DNA of 64,000 bases, from contig MU008168.1 in NCBI GenBank assembly GCA_010909165.1, positions 496,001 to 560,000 on the forward strand. The letters run 5' to 3'. The notes under the pieces are model-generated. The model had not been told where the DNA came from. It ran no database searches and saw only the letters and a list, made by a program, of their open reading frames with translations. Below are positions 1 through 13,550 of this stretch, piece by piece (position 1 is the first letter of the stretch; every line of letters starts with the position of its first letter). A program made the position numbers and the translations under genes. This stretch comes from Anthoceros angustus. Its lineage: Eukaryota > Plantae > Anthocerotophyta.

Positions 1-1499
1 TGGCCGCTTTGGTGCGTCCTTTGGGCTACCCATTTTGATTGGTTACCAAACCGGACACCAAAAGTTTTGCGGGAGAAAAAAAATGTCCGTCCCCTCTGTC
101 CTCTTTGGTATGCCATAGTGAAGTAGGTACATAGTTAAATTTTATTTATCAAAAATAAAAGTTTTTATATTCTTCATTGAAATTATTCATATAATTATAT
201 AAGGTGAAAAATAAAAACTTTAAAAAGAAAAGGATATTAGTTCATATTTTGAGCACTAGAATTATTGACATGGAGAGTAGTTATTGACGGTAGTTATCAA
301 ACTCAAACATACATCACACAAAGCTTAAATATCAATATTAAATAATATTATAATTTAGAGTGAATAGGTTGAAACTTAGAGATTAAAAAAATAAAATTCT
401 ATAGTTTTTTTAAAATTTACTCATCAAATGAAAAAAATATTTACTCATCGAATTATATAAGGTAAGAAATAAAAACCTACAAGAAGCTTAGTTCACATCA
501 TCTAGCACCTAGATTTATTTACACAGGAGATTGAAGATATCAAGCTTACAAGCAATCAATAAGAACATTCGAACAGAAAGGTAGTATGGTAATACACAGT
601 TTGAATATTTACGAGTGTCATGGTCAGAAACTAATGATGGGCAGTGAAAGACTCTAATAATCATCATAAATGTTTATAGTGCAGGCTCAAATGCAAAGTA
701 AGAAGCCATGCATGTATGTAAGATAATTGGGATTGTCGTAGTTTAAAGTAAGTAAGTTATAATTAGTGATATTAAGATTTTGCTTAGGGCTTTAAAAACT
801 AGTTTGCTTAAGGCTCAACACAGCAACTACTTGGTGAGGGTAGCTCCAAAGATTGCCTTAGCACTTGCTCCACACTCTTGTTGGGAAGGAGTGAGGTGCC
901 TAGTGTGTGTTTGGAAGAGAGTTTTAAGGAGTTAAATATCAGCCCAAAATCTTTTTCTTCTTCATCTCGCTCTTATATTCTTATCTCACTTTTCAAGATT
1001 ATAACAATTATCACTATCTTACAAAAATACTATTGTGCCTTATGGCAGACATGCAATGCTTCTTACTCTTGAGATAGTTATCTTTGATGCTATCACTATA
1101 AGAATCGTCCATGCTCATATGCAAGGAACTCCAAAGCAACTAGGATGAATGGCACCAGGGTTCCTTGTCTAAAGTAGTTGGGATGAATGACACCAGACTT
1201 CCTTGTTTGCGTCTTTGACTGCCACAAGATGGTCATAACTACTTGCGCTGCCCTACTCAAATTGCCATTGGAGTTATTTTCTAACTGGTGTAACAACCGC
1301 TCGACTTCATCGCCGTTCAGTGATTAGCTTACTTAAATCATCAAGATCCACCTTTGATAGCATAGAAGGAACTCACTCTGCATGAACCAAGATTTGGCAC
1401 CAGCACATCCTCATGTTTTGGAGGTAGGTACATACCCTGGAAAAGAGGTTGCCGAGCTTCTCCACAGTAGTTTGACATTAGATACCTAATGCATGACAA

Positions 1500-1710
1500 A
1501 AGTACAACATACTCTGTACTCCGAGACGTTGGTGGTCTAGTGAGAGAATACTTCTCTACCACGGTACAACTTTGGCTTCAAATCCTGGGCGGACAACACC
1601 CACATGCAATGAAGGCCATGTGTTCATTCCTCTTGCTATCGAGACTCATAAGGCCATGGGCAAGGATTTTTCGAAGTCTACGTCTTTCCATCGCCCTGTA
1701 GAGGGCGGTG
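1500..1710 (+). mobile_element. Fragment of CRE-like (RLE-type) non-LTR retrotransposon, C-terminal endonuclease region
   Basis: Translates EGHVFIPLAIETHKAMGKDF then RLSIAL*RA; matches the copies at ~19000-19510 (DGHAFILLAIETH..AMGKDF..FRQQVSITL) and ~45860-46025 (FRQRVSI); internally deleted. Boundaries approximate. Confidence 0.6.
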
Positions 1711-2104
1711 GCAAGCGCAATTTTCTGGACAACCTTAAATACGAGAGATGCAACATCTTCAATTCATGTGGTAAGTAGGCCCTTTCTTGCCTTCCAGAAA
1801 GCAAGCATACGAGGCCCATGAAGAAGATGAAGAAACTTCAGGTATTCAATACCGAGAGCCTGTGATGGGCTTTCATTCCCATGTGAGCAACACATATTTC
1901 CGAAATTGTAGTTGCTGCAGATAATGTTGTGCGACCTCTGAGGTTGGAAGCAATAGCATATACCAAACACTACTACATTATGCAATGAAATATGACGAGG
2001 CAGTTATGACACGGGCATTGCTGCCCCGGGAGTGGTTGCTGCAAAAGACATCTGTAGCCATCTATGACAATACTGCGCGGCGTGATAATCCATTAAAAGG
2101 CGCA

Positions 2105-4830
2105 GGCCATGTCTTAAGTCATGACATTTCATGATTGTTGTCCGTGGTTGCCCCGGACGGTTGCCAAACTACGGTAGGCGTGCACATTCGGTATCTCAGT
2201 GCCATACCGAGGGGATGGAAGTGCCAACACCCATGGGATATTGTAGTGTCCTGTGGCGGTTTGCGACGGTCCGGTGACGGGATATGGAAAGTTTACGTTG
2301 CGCTTGTTTCTTGGCGGCGTGAAGTCCGTTGTGTCAGTCGGGCGTGACGGATGTCGTTGAGGCACACACCCTTGGCGTGGCGTTCTAGCGGCTACCAAAA
2401 TGGGTTTAGCGGGGTGACCCTGCCGCGATGGAGCCATTCTGCAAGGCAAGCCACTCCACGGATCGGTCGGGATGGAGCCTCCCGCTCTAAGCGGATCCAC
2501 AGTGCTGCGAATGCGGGTTGTGAGGAGCACCACATGATCAAGGTGACATCGCTGCAAGGCATAGCAGGTCATGGGCGCGCCTTCTAGCGGAGGTAGGGCC
2601 TCTGCAATGGCAACTTCGTGCTCAAATTTGGATGAATTCCTTGGTAATGAGCACATGTTGAATGATTATCGCGAGCAGTGACCCCATTGACCAAGTCTTC
2701 CTATCGCGTTAGGTGATGTTGCGGGCACCGAGATGCCCACCGTCAGGACCACCGTTCCTCTACCATTTGAGGCCGAGGAGGTTCAATCCCCCAAATTTCA
2801 ATGCGACTACGGATCATGACCCCATGGTTGGGAATGTGTGTAATGGCGAGAGAGTTCCTCCCACTTGTTCGCCGGGGAAATGGGGATCATGGCACCCCAT
2901 TGGGCGGAGGCGCGTATAGCGTTCGCGAGCTCGTCGCGGGAGTTCCATCTGCTGAGGCCGGCCTTGAAGAGGCTGCGAGGACCCGCTTTGGAAGATCGAA
3001 GGTGTGAGCAATCCGACCACACCCCCGTGTTGGCCCTCCTCGCCATCCAAGGCCATGTCTTAAGTCATGACATTTCCAGATTGTTGTCCGTGGTTGCCCC
3101 GGACCGGTTGCCAAACTACGGTAGGCGTGCACTTCGGTATCTCTCAATTGCCATACCGAGGGGATGGAAGTGCCAACACCCATGGGATATTGTAGTGTCT
3201 GTGGCGGTTTGCAGACGTAGTCCGGGTACGGGATATGGAAAGTTTACGTTGCGCTTGTTTGCTGGCCGGCGTGAAGTCCGTTGTGTCCGTCTGGGCCGTG
3301 ACGGATGTCCGTTGAGGCACACACTTGCGTGGCCGTTCGCGGCTACCAAAGTAGGTTTACAACGGGGTGACCCCTGCCGACGATGGAGCCATTCCTGCAA
3401 AGGCAAGCCACTCCACAGATCGGTCGGGATGGAGCCTCCCGCTCCGCGGATCCACGAGTGCTGCGAATGCCGGGTTGCGAGGGAGCACAGCGAATCCAAG
3501 GTGACATCGCTGCAAGGCATAGCAGGTCATGGGCGCGCCTTCTAGCGGAGGTAGGGCCTCTGCAATGGCAACTTCGTGCTCAAATTTCGGATGAATTCCT
3601 TGGTAATGAGCACATGTTGAATATGATTATCGCGAGCCGGTGGCACCCCATTGACCAAAGGTCTTCCCTATCGCGTTAGGTGATGTTGCGGGCACCGAGA
3701 TGCCACCTCCGGACCGTTCCTCTACCATTTTGACGCCGAGGGTTCAATCCCCCAAATTTCAATGCGACTACGGATCATGACCCCATGGTTGGGAATGTGT
3801 GTAATGGCCAGACAGAGTTCTTCCCCACTTCGGCGGGCAATGGGGATCATGGCACCCCATTGGGCGTATGGGCGTTAGCGAGCTCGTCGCGGGAGTTCCA
3901 TCTTCTGAGGCCAGCCTTGAAGAGGCTGCGAGGACCCCTTTGGAAGATCGAAGGTGTGAGCAATCCGACACACCCGATGCGTGTTGGCCCTCCTCGCCAT
4001 CCAAGAGCTACAAGGTGTCGATCGGAATGACGCAATTTTGGGATCCTTGGGGGCAATCCTTCCTCGGGGAACACTATGCCCCTTCACGTCCGTGATCAAG
4101 AATATGCTCCTAGATTGGGCAAACTTGCATCCGCATTGGCGGCTGTGGGAGGCGCGCCTTCAGCGGAGGTAGGCCTCTGCAATGGCAACTTCGTGCTCAA
4201 ATTTCGGATGAATTCCTTGGTAATGAGCCCATGTTGAATGTGATTGTCGCAGGCACGGGCTGACGACCCCATTGACCAAACAGGTCTTCCTATCGCGTTA
4301 GGTGATGTTGCGCGGGCACCCGAGATGCCCACCGTCCGGACCACCGTTCCTCTACCATTTCAGCAGCAGGCCGCCGAGGAGGTTCCAATCCCCCCCCCAA
4401 ATTTCAATGCGACTACGGCGGATCATGACCCCATGGTTGGGAATGTGTGTAATGGCCAGGACGCAGGAGTTCCTCCCCACTTGTTCGCTGGGGAAATGGG
4501 GGATCATGGCACCCCCATTGGGCAGGAGGCCAGATGGCCCAGCGCTCGAGCTCGCGGGAGTTCCATCTCGCTGAGGCCTTTTGAAGAGGCTGCGAGGACC
4601 CGCTTTGGAAGATCAAGGGTGTGAGTAATCCGACCACACCCGTCTGTGTGGCCCTCCTCGCCATCCAAGACCGCTACAAGGTGTCCATGCCGGAATGACT
4701 GCAATTTTTGGGATCCTTGCGGGGGCAATCCTTCCTGGGGAACACTATGCCCCCTTCACGTCCGGGTCAAGAATATGCTCCCGCAGTTAGCAAACTTGCA
4801 TCCGTGACATTGACGCCAGTGTGGGAGGAC
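2105..4830 (+). repeat. Tandem multiplication inside the CACTA 5' region (about 945-bp unit twice, plus partial third copy)
   Basis: GGCCATGTCTTAAGTCATGACATTTC at 2105 and 3051. GCGCGCCTTC..GCGGAGGTAGG..CTCTGCAATGGCAACTTCG at ~2575, ~3533 and ~4152. Segment ~4005-4150 repeated at ~4673-4830. Copies differ mostly by 1-3 nt indels. Confidence 0.9.
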
Positions 4831-7172
4831 GCCTTCTTTTTGGGGGCTACATGAGGACATTGTTTGTCGTTACGTGGAGAACCCGCTATCATACAGTGCA
4901 GCAGGGGCGGCGAAGAAGGCGATGTTCTACTTCGATTCTGGGCGTCTTGACGAATGTTTGCTTGCCCAAGCATAGCGCGGCGACTTACATGGTGGAAGAC
5001 CCACGGGGGCGGCGGCTCGAATCATGGCAGACACTCCTGCTTGGAAGGCACTCGATGGGGTCGAGGGTTTGTGAGAGGACGGAATATTCGGTTTGGCATC
5101 TCAGCAGACGGCTTCAATCCGTGGGCATCGTTCTTCATCGTATTCTATCGGCGGTTCTTCTTTTGATCCATAATCTCCCGTGGCTTACCACAAAGATGCG
5201 AATTCTCATGCCAATCATTATACCGGTCCAAAACAAGTCAAGAATATGGATGATGTACTTGGGTCCATTGATAGAGGAACTTGCCACCTTGTGGGCGGTG
5301 TCCTATGATGGACCACTCAAAAGTTGGTGACCCGGGACACTTTTTTGTCCTCAGGGCTGCCTTGCTCCATGCCACATGTGATTATCCAGGTCTTGGAGCC
5401 CTATTCGGGCTCAAGTTCGAGATCGATGTTGTATTGATTGTGGCGGGAGTTCTGACCGTGGTCCAGCCTTGGAAAAGATTATTGTTGAAGGACACGGTGG
5501 TCGTGACGACCAAGATCCACGTCGTCGCGAACATGTTGAGTGCTTCAACAACAGTAGTGAGATGAGACCCCCACGCTCAAGTCTCCCCATTGTCATGGCG
5601 AAATGAATGATTGGCGAACGCCCATCCGGAAGCGACAAAATGCGGGGCATGGGCGTGAAGCAGAATGTCCGCTATTTTGCGAATTTGCCATACGGCAAAT
5701 ATACCCAAATGTGGTTGAAGGATGTGATGCATACGGTGAATAAGCGCCAAGCGTTTTGGAAGATATGGGACGGGCAATGGGACACCCACAATGCAAGGGT
5801 TGATCGATGAATTTAGACTCCAAACCATGGGCGTGGCGGTATGGGGACGATAGGGGAAGCTCATCTGGGGAGCGTCCTATACACTATCCAAGGACGCCAT
5901 CCAATGTGTCAAAGATGAGCTCGGTCGGATCAGGCCTCCAACAGGGTTTGGGTGTCACATCGGCGCATGTTTCCGGGGCCCAAAAGTTTGTGGCCTCAAA
6001 AGCCACGACTGGCACCTACTCATGCAGTACTTCTTCCCCATCGTGTTGCGCCACTACTTATCAGGCCCGGAGTATGACAGTTTCGTTCGGGTAAGCTCCA
6101 TTTATCGCTGGATTTGCCAAAAGGCAATCAAACGTGAGGAGATTCCGATCAGGAAGGTGAAGCTGACAAGCACAGTCATCGACCTCGAGCGATACTACCC
6201 TTCAAATCCGTGGAATCCTATGCAGCATTTGTTTGTTCACCTTATTGACGAGGTCGGGCCTTGCGCGGCACCGTGGCGCCCGTGGATGTACCCTATCAGC
6301 GCCACATCCATGTACCAAGCGGTCAATCCGTGCGCGGGGCGCGATATGGCCACATCTTGGCAATGGAGCTCGTTTCTTATCTGGGCTACCTTGCGGAACC
6401 GGACCAAGCTCACATTTACCACCAAATGGCAGAGGCTCGAGCAGCTGAGCGACCAATTGGCAAAGCCAAGCCAAAGTGGGTCACCGGATATGAGTTAAAA
6501 CGGTTGCATTGGCACTTCTTGTTGCATTGCGATGCACTGGAGCCAATCCGCGCGGAGTTCCTTGCGGCAGGACACCCTCAGGCTACATTTCTAACATGGC
6601 TAGAATCCGGTATTCGTTGCAAGGAATGGTCGAATCTATCCCAATACGCGGACATCCGGGCTAGTGTCAATGGCCCAAAGCAGGTAGTGAGGTCATACCG
6701 GGGACTGGAAACAATGGGATGGCATTTCCGCACAGTAGAAGGCGATGCATCCCGAAAAGTATCACAGGATAGTTGGGTATTTGGGACGTTCGACATGGCT
6801 GACCAACTTTGTCGATTTCTGACCAAGTCAAGAGATTACGGGCGTGCCCTTTGAAGGCGGTGGCTTCATGCATTCGTGTTGCACATTAATTGGTTCGAAT
6901 GCGCAACAGGGCCCATATCGATGGCGGCGGACATAAGCGGCTTCAACGTGGATTCTCGTCGGGCTTATCGCTATCGCGAGATCATAGCGGGCCCATATAC
7001 TTTTCCCGCCGAAGCCGACAGCGTTAACGACTCGGGCCCATGGCGTGGGGGCTGGTTCATTTGCACGCCCGTTCCGTCGCGCTGGGATTCGCTCCTGGAT
7101 AGAGATGACGACCACGGTTGTTTTGTGTCAACAGATAGGGCATCTCATGATCGGGAGCGACTGCCCGTCTGA
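4244..7172 (+). pseudogene. CACTA Tnp2/TnpD transposase (Transposase_21 with DUF4218/DUF4216-like regions), frameshifted
   Basis: Motifs in successive frames: EEAARTPL, GISADGFNPW, HNLPWL..YLGPLIEELATLW, FVLRAALLHATCDYPGLG, NLPY..DVMHTVNK, LKSHDWHLLMQYFFPI, LERYYPS..NPMQHLFVHLIDEV..WMYP, HINWFEC. Confidence 0.88.
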
Positions 7173-7437
7173 ATTTTACAGTGACGCCAACCGGGCTCTG
7201 TTTTGGGATGGCAAACATCCCAATATAACACGATAATCCCATCACACGGTCTTCAAAACACTAGGCCCTGATCAACACACAATCATGTTCCGAATTGTTC
7301 AAGCTACATTGTGGAGCTCGCTAGCAGCTATTCTAAGTGGGACAGAGCGGCACGTCCGATCCAACAGTACATTGGGCCCATAAACGATGGGTTCAAAACA
7401 GGTATTGCTAGCCTCTACCCACATCTACGCAACCAAG

Positions 7438-8460
7438 TCAGACTTCCCAAGCCTGCGCTTGCCACCTCAAAGGATGGTCCAGCGAGGATGGACGAAGAAT
7501 AAACACGCCGGGCCAGCAACAAGGGCATGGTCTTTGCCGCCCACCCATGTAGTGGCAGCACTTCACAATTAACTTGCATGCCTCAAGCACTTGGAAGATG
7601 TGCTCGTCATTCATCATGAAGTCCGTAAATGCTACAAAGTGGTGCCTTCCCTCATACGAACGGGAGCTTATGAATGTAGCCCACGGACCTTTGCCACCAC
7701 CTTCACGAAGATCGCCATTTTCCATCGCCTTGCAGTACAACCCAACCCTCTCAGCGCCCGCTCGTCCACAAGGTCGAGCGCCTGGAGTCCGTCCGCTCCG
7801 CTCACCTGGGCGGTTGCCACCATTTTCAGTGGGAATCAACCAGCGGAGGTCTTTCTCCATTGCATCCCGCAGGCTGGCTTCCGTATTGTAGCATCTGCCA
7901 GGATCAGGGCCATCGGCGAACACCGGATCCCTCTCCAAGACACGGACGTCAAAGCGAGACACGGGAAGGAAGCAAGTGAAAAGCAAAGAAAAATCGACTG
8001 TCCCGACCTCGACAACGAGGGAGCAGGCTTTCAAGTGAGACAACCTCAGCATCTCATTCAAGATGTCCACCAGCAAGGCACCGATTTCTTTTGCCCTTTC
8101 AAGTGCCCCGCTCCCCCGGTTGGGATGTGCTCCAACGAGCCATGGTTTGGGGCCATCCCACTTGTCTTTTCCACCCACCACCCAAGGCCCGGCATCACTG
8201 AGCAAAGTCTCGCCCAATGAAACTCTGGATCACCTGTGGTAATGCCGGCGGGCTCCACGAGCTGCATCTTCCAGCACCCCGGACGAGGCTCGAAGAGGGG
8301 AAGGGGGTCCACATCCTGCGATCGGAAAACCAGCGCCACAGCGAAGTCTCCGTAGGAATGGAGAGGAATATGGTCCCATGACCATATTGGCCGCGCCGGC
8401 AACCACGCATCCAACATCCGGGCTCGACGCTGCGTCAAACCCACGAGCACAGGATCTTGA
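7438..8460 (-). pseudogene. Antisense cargo ORF in CACTA, possibly methyltransferase-like
   Basis: Uninterrupted 259-aa ORF (7438..8217) plus upstream frameshifted part. Segment RG..ERAKE..LLVDILNEM..SLVVEVGTVDFSLLFTCF..RFDVRVLERDPVF loosely resembles motifs X/I/II of SAM-dependent amino-MTases; the FxGxG loop is degenerate. Confidence 0.3.
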
Positions 8461-8733
8461 GCGATGGCATCCCGAGCCGCGATAAAGAATCGGCACGAGT
8501 TGCCCACGGTCCTCAATTGCCATGGACGGTGTTTAATGCTCGTCGGCGTCCGGACATCGCCGCGGCGGGAGCTCGAAGCGGCGGAGATGGGAACTTAGGA
8601 ACCAGCAGCAACACTAAAGTGCATACATGTTTGCAGCTCGCAATTTTGGCGGTGCCACCTTTCGGATGGCAACGCGATGCGAGGCGTATCGCCTGCACGG
8701 TGGAGGCGTCTGGGCGTCGTGTCGAGTGAAGTT

Positions 8734-8880
8734 GGTATTCATGCCGCCACGTGGAGGACTCGTCGAGGGCCGCGTGTCGAGGCGGTGGTATTCATGCCAC
8801 ATCACCGTGGAGGACTCGTCTGCGCCGCGTGTCGGTGAGGCGTGGTATTCATGCCACATCACCGTGGAGGACTGCTCGCC
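8734..8880 (+). repeat. About 55-bp tandem repeat x3
   Basis: GGTATTCATGCCACATCACCGTGGAGGACT core occurs three times (first copy variant). Confidence 0.85.
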
Positions 8881-10599
8881 GGGGCCTGATGCGATCAAGA
8901 CGGCGTCGTGAGGTCAACATTGGTGGGCTCATAAAGCGTCTTGTCACCATCATGCGGCCGGCGTGAGTCGTTATCGATGCTCAATGACTCCGGACACCGA
9001 GCTCGTCACGATCGAGCATTGCAGCACACTAGCGATTTGGACAATGTCGGGGCCGTGTCGGAAGGGCAAATGCACAAGTGAGGAGAAGACATGCGCGCGA
9101 AGTAATGGACCCCCAAGCCCCAGCCCCGAGTTTCGCCATGCATTGGCGACAATGAAGTGGGCGGGTCGGGTCGGCCCGATCAACTGAAGAGCGAGTCCTA
9201 CACCACTACGGAGCCGGTGTCGTGTCCCGCAGTGGTGGAAGTGGCCACACCCACAAGCTCCCAGGTTGCCACTATCCAGGGCGATGAAACAAATGTGCCC
9301 GGAGAGGAGGCGAGTAGTGCTGATAGTAGGCATGATGTGATGGTGTGGTTTAGGAGGTTTGGCTGCATGGATTGCGTATATTTGAATTTGTATCATGCGG
9401 TGATCTGCGATCATAAGGTGTCACGTTGCGACCACCTTGGGCAGCGGTCCCATGGTCCCCAAGGACCCTTAGGCATGTAAATCCATATTGTTGCTTTCGT
9501 CGCATCAAGCTTGAAGTCCATGGACCTTGGCGCAATGGTCGCATCGCTAGCCAGTGGTTTTGGAATCGCCCGTCAAGGCGCATGTCGGGCGGGGCGTTTT
9601 TGTCGCCCAAAGCGGTAGCTCTTGTTGCATGCCATGTAAATAGCATTTGAGTGGTCATCCATATACTGCGGCCACCACAGTATGCACCTTGCGATGGCGC
9701 CCTTGCTCTCCGGGGTGGCATGGGAATGAGATAGCGTTGGCGGCGTTGCTCTAAGCATAAGCGGACCCGTGGCCCAGCGAGCGTTCGCTGAGCTTCGAAC
9801 TCAACGCCCGAGCACGGAGGCGAGCATGGGTTTGAAGATTGAGCCTCTTGGCGGAGGCGCGCGGGGAGGGCGGCACTGGGCGTCGCTTCATTGTCAGGCG
9901 GACTCTACATCCATTACGTCGTGGGCATGACACCTTCCGGGGTGGTGGCGTCGGCGACCCTCGCTGCGGATTAGGCGGTACAACCGGGAGAGAAGCTACA
10001 TCGGTGGGAAGCGACCGGTGGTTTGGAGCCCATACGGAGGGTTCGAATCGAGGCGCCACCGGACGGTTTCGAGATTGGGAAAGGATGAGGTGTGCATCTT
10101 GGGGAATCAACACGGCGTCATGTCCACATGGTTGCCCAATGACACCACCGATTGCCCCGGCTGGGCAAAGATGTTGGAGCACCAATCACGCGCCGGCCAA
10201 GTGTGGTGGTGGAATTGGGTTCGGAAGTCATGCATGGTGAACCATGCCATGGTCGGCCGGGTACTCTGGCGGTGGAATCGCCCTGCCGATCTAGGCGAAA
10301 GCAGTAGGGTGGTTTGAAAAGGTTGATGGCGGTGTGCATGCTCTTGTGGAATAGTGCTATTGTTGCAATTCCTCCCAATCGCATTCATTTGTGTTGGGTT
10401 GTTAGCCGAGCAAATCCACATCACATCCCTGGCGAGATTAGGGCCGCGGCCTCGGCCACACAGGTCACCCGGCCGTTCAAAATGGCAGCCATGGTGGGAT
10501 ACCCACGATGGATTGGCGGTGGGCGGAGGGGCGGGGGATGATGAGTGGCCGGGCGATGGCGGTATGCCGCCCGATATGATGGAGGAGGACCACGAGAAC

Positions 10600-12606
10600 T
10601 GATGCCCCAAATCCGAGCCAAGCCACCTCACGGAGAAATGGAGCGGCGGCTGTCTACAAAGGAAGTGTCGGTTTGCCGAGTTGATCGACCACGCACTAGG
10701 GGAGTTGTTGGCGTAACTCATCGGTGCATGGACACTCAAGGTAATGACGGCATCGAGGCTATGCGAGATGTTGCGAGGCGGGCGTGCCCATGGCGGAGGT
10801 CCTTTAGGAAGGGACAAATTGTCCTTTGGAGAAGCGGATACATGAGTTGGTGGCTCACACCGGTGTTTACGAGTGCGACAAAGCACCCTCCCGAGTTCTG
10901 TTGCTGCTCATAGACACGGTTGCTGAAGAGTACCCTTCCGTGAAGAACCGAGAGGTCATCAGGACCAAGTTCTCCAACTGTACACGAGCACGATGTTACA
11001 ATCACCTTAACCGAGTGAAGAAAGGAGCAAGAATTACTGCACCACGGGAAAGAGAGCGGTCGAAATTGAGGCGGAGTCCATTACACACGACATCCGGTGG
11101 ACGGTCGAGTGAGGTCCATTACACCGACATCCGTGGGACGGTGTCGAGTGGGGAGTGGAGCGATGCAGCGTGGAAATGGAGCTCGGCCCCGTTGCCTCGG
11201 ATGGCGATCGAGGCAAGGATGGAAAAACGCACTTCTGGCACAAACCCATTTGGACGGTGGGGGCGGTTCCGTCTTGATTCGAGGATGTGGAGAACCCCCA
11301 AGTGTGGCAGAAATGATATGGGGAGCAAAGCATGGGGTTGAAAAGATGGAGGTTTCTTTGGTGCGCCGTGGATTTTTTAATTTGGTATTTTGAAAATAAA
11401 TCAAAACAACCCATGGAGGCTGCAGTGGATGAGGTTTGCACTCCGCAATACACCTGTCTTTGAGATTGAACGCGTTTTCACGAAGTGTCACGGTATGGCT
11501 AACTTGCGACCTTGTGGGTTCGTGCTTAGCGGTGGAGGAGCTCGAGGGCCCGGCGTGCAAGAGAGGGTGGTTGGTCCGGTAAGTGTGGAGTCGAACACAT
11601 GGGTAGGTACATATTTCGAGACATGTCGTGCCGCTCCTTGCACCTTCACGGCAATCTGAAACTACATCTGGGCATGCAGGCACTGGTGAAGGAGCTGGAA
11701 ACGGTGCACCTGTTCTTCTCGGGGCAGGTGGGGGTTAAGCGGCATGGATGTATCTGCAAGAACAGTTTTTGTGGCAACACACCGCCAAGTGTCCGTTATG
11801 GGCAGTCGCATTTTTGGAATCCACTTGATGTGCATCTTGTATTGAATATCTGGTTTTCTTATTGCGCTGGGACTATTGTGTAGGAGGAAGGAGCCCGACT
11901 ACATGCGGAGATGCCTGCAGCGGATGGCGGCTGCCGGAAGATCCGCCCATCCGTGTCGATTGTCTGCATCAGGATCTCGAGCTTGGTGCAGGTAATGGTA
12001 CCGAACACTTGCGTCACTGGCAATGGACTAGACAAATTAACTTTTCGTCACATTGAATGGTCATGTTGACTGAGTACAGGGCCAATGGTGGGTGGCGGCA
12101 GCAATGGTCTCGATGGGCACGAGGTACCACCAAGTGGGATGTCGCAGGAGGTTTGTAGGGAAGAAGATGCAGACTTAACTCTCGTGGACAGTGTGCCGAA
12201 CACACAGCCACCGTTAGACACCCCAACCCAGAGGCTTACCCGGAGAGCTCTGCGGGAGGGTGAGGAGGAGGATGCGATGGCGGGTGGGGCGAGCCCGAGC
12301 TTGGGCGCGGATCTTATGCACCACGGAAGAAAAGGAAAGATGGAGGAGTCGAGGTGTGGCCGAGGTTCGAAAAGAGCAAAGCCAAGACCCGGAGGGAGGT
12401 GATTGAGGCGGATGGTGATGCACGCCATGGTCCATGCATGTGTGTGTGAAGTGTTCCACTATCGCGGTGTGCTCACTATCGGTGTGCCACTTGGTCCATT
12501 GGGCAAGTGGTGGCAATGTCCGGATGGTGAGGGCAAGTTAGAGTATCTTTGTGTCGGGGAACTCGAATGGTATAGGGGACCTTCCATGATGAGACTTTCC
12601 GGATAA
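10600..12606 (+). pseudogene. Probable CACTA second gene (TnpA-like), degenerate
   Basis: Helical-looking ORF pieces (10545..10913, 10826..11341) lie downstream of tnp2 inside the element. Assignment is mainly positional. Confidence 0.35.
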
Positions 12607-13438
12607 TGGACGGTTAATTGTACAATCCTAAGCGCACTCTTGCTTTGCATGGTCGTAAATGTATTGATGAATATTATATATAAATTTTGGTCGAAATTTA
12701 GGTTTCTCAAGCAAGCTCAAGAGGGCAAAACCCTTAATTCAAACCGCATAACCCGCACCGACAAGATGGAATCGCATGTTGAATCTGAAGTCATGCTCAC
12801 GGTGCATGTACTATATAGAACCGAGGTGGCAACCCTCGACCGCTGGCGATGTCGCAGAGGAAAGGACGCCATGCTTGGTCCATCTTGGATCGCCATGTGG
12901 CGCTACGGCGGACAATCCAGTCTGCAAGCTCCGCATCGCTGTGGTCAAGGCCGTGGACGGGCGGGGTGTCTCGAACCGCGGATGAGCATACTTCCGCTCA
13001 AAGGACGGAAAGAAGTGAGAGAGGGTCACACGGGATTGAAAGTAAATCCGGCCATGGCGGGTCCTCACCATCCGGTTGGAGGCTGTCATTTACTTTGCGA
13101 GCACGGTTTTAAAATGACTAGGAATAACACGGAAATCCGCGGCGCGAGTTTGTCATTTCCGCGGCAATTTTGTGGTTTTCCTGTTTCTGAACGCGTCATA
13201 AAAAATCGCATTATGTTGTAGTGAAAGCTGCTTGAACGTGCCGATGATGTTTGCATTGAACAAGGTTTCTTAACTGATCCATATCTTGAAGTACATTGTG
13301 CAATATGTATTGGCTTGCTAGTGTTGACTTTGTTGAACTCTGCAGCGTTTATCTAATTTATTAGGCAGGCAGACTCAGATTCTTAGCAAGTCACATCGAG
13401 GAAAGTTGATTTGCTCAAGGCTGTGAGCTTGGACTCAC

Positions 13439-13550
13439 AGGATTCACAAGCATGGGGCGAGCCCTGAACATGTGAAAGGATTCACAACCATGGGGCAAGT
13501 CCTCACTGTGTTAAAGGATTGACAAGCATGGGGCAAGTCCTCAGCATGTT
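13439..13550 (+). repeat. About 38-bp tandem repeat x3
   Basis: AGGATTCACAAGCATGGGGCAAGTCCTCA-like unit occurs three times. Confidence 0.8.

Larger units (their letters stand above)
1968..13223 (+). mobile_element. Full-length CACTA (En/Spm) DNA transposon, degenerate
   Basis: Starts CACTACTACATTATGC at 1968 and ends GCATTATGTTGTAGTG at 13223 (reverse complement CACTACAACATAATGC; 14/16 TIR match). 3-bp TSD AAA at 1965-1967 and 13224-13226. Contains a Tnp2 transposase. Confidence 0.92.

Noticed and set aside
2129-4100. ORFs of 130-226 aa in the CACTA 5' repeats as separate genes
   Set aside because: Frames differ between near-identical copies, so they are indel by-products.
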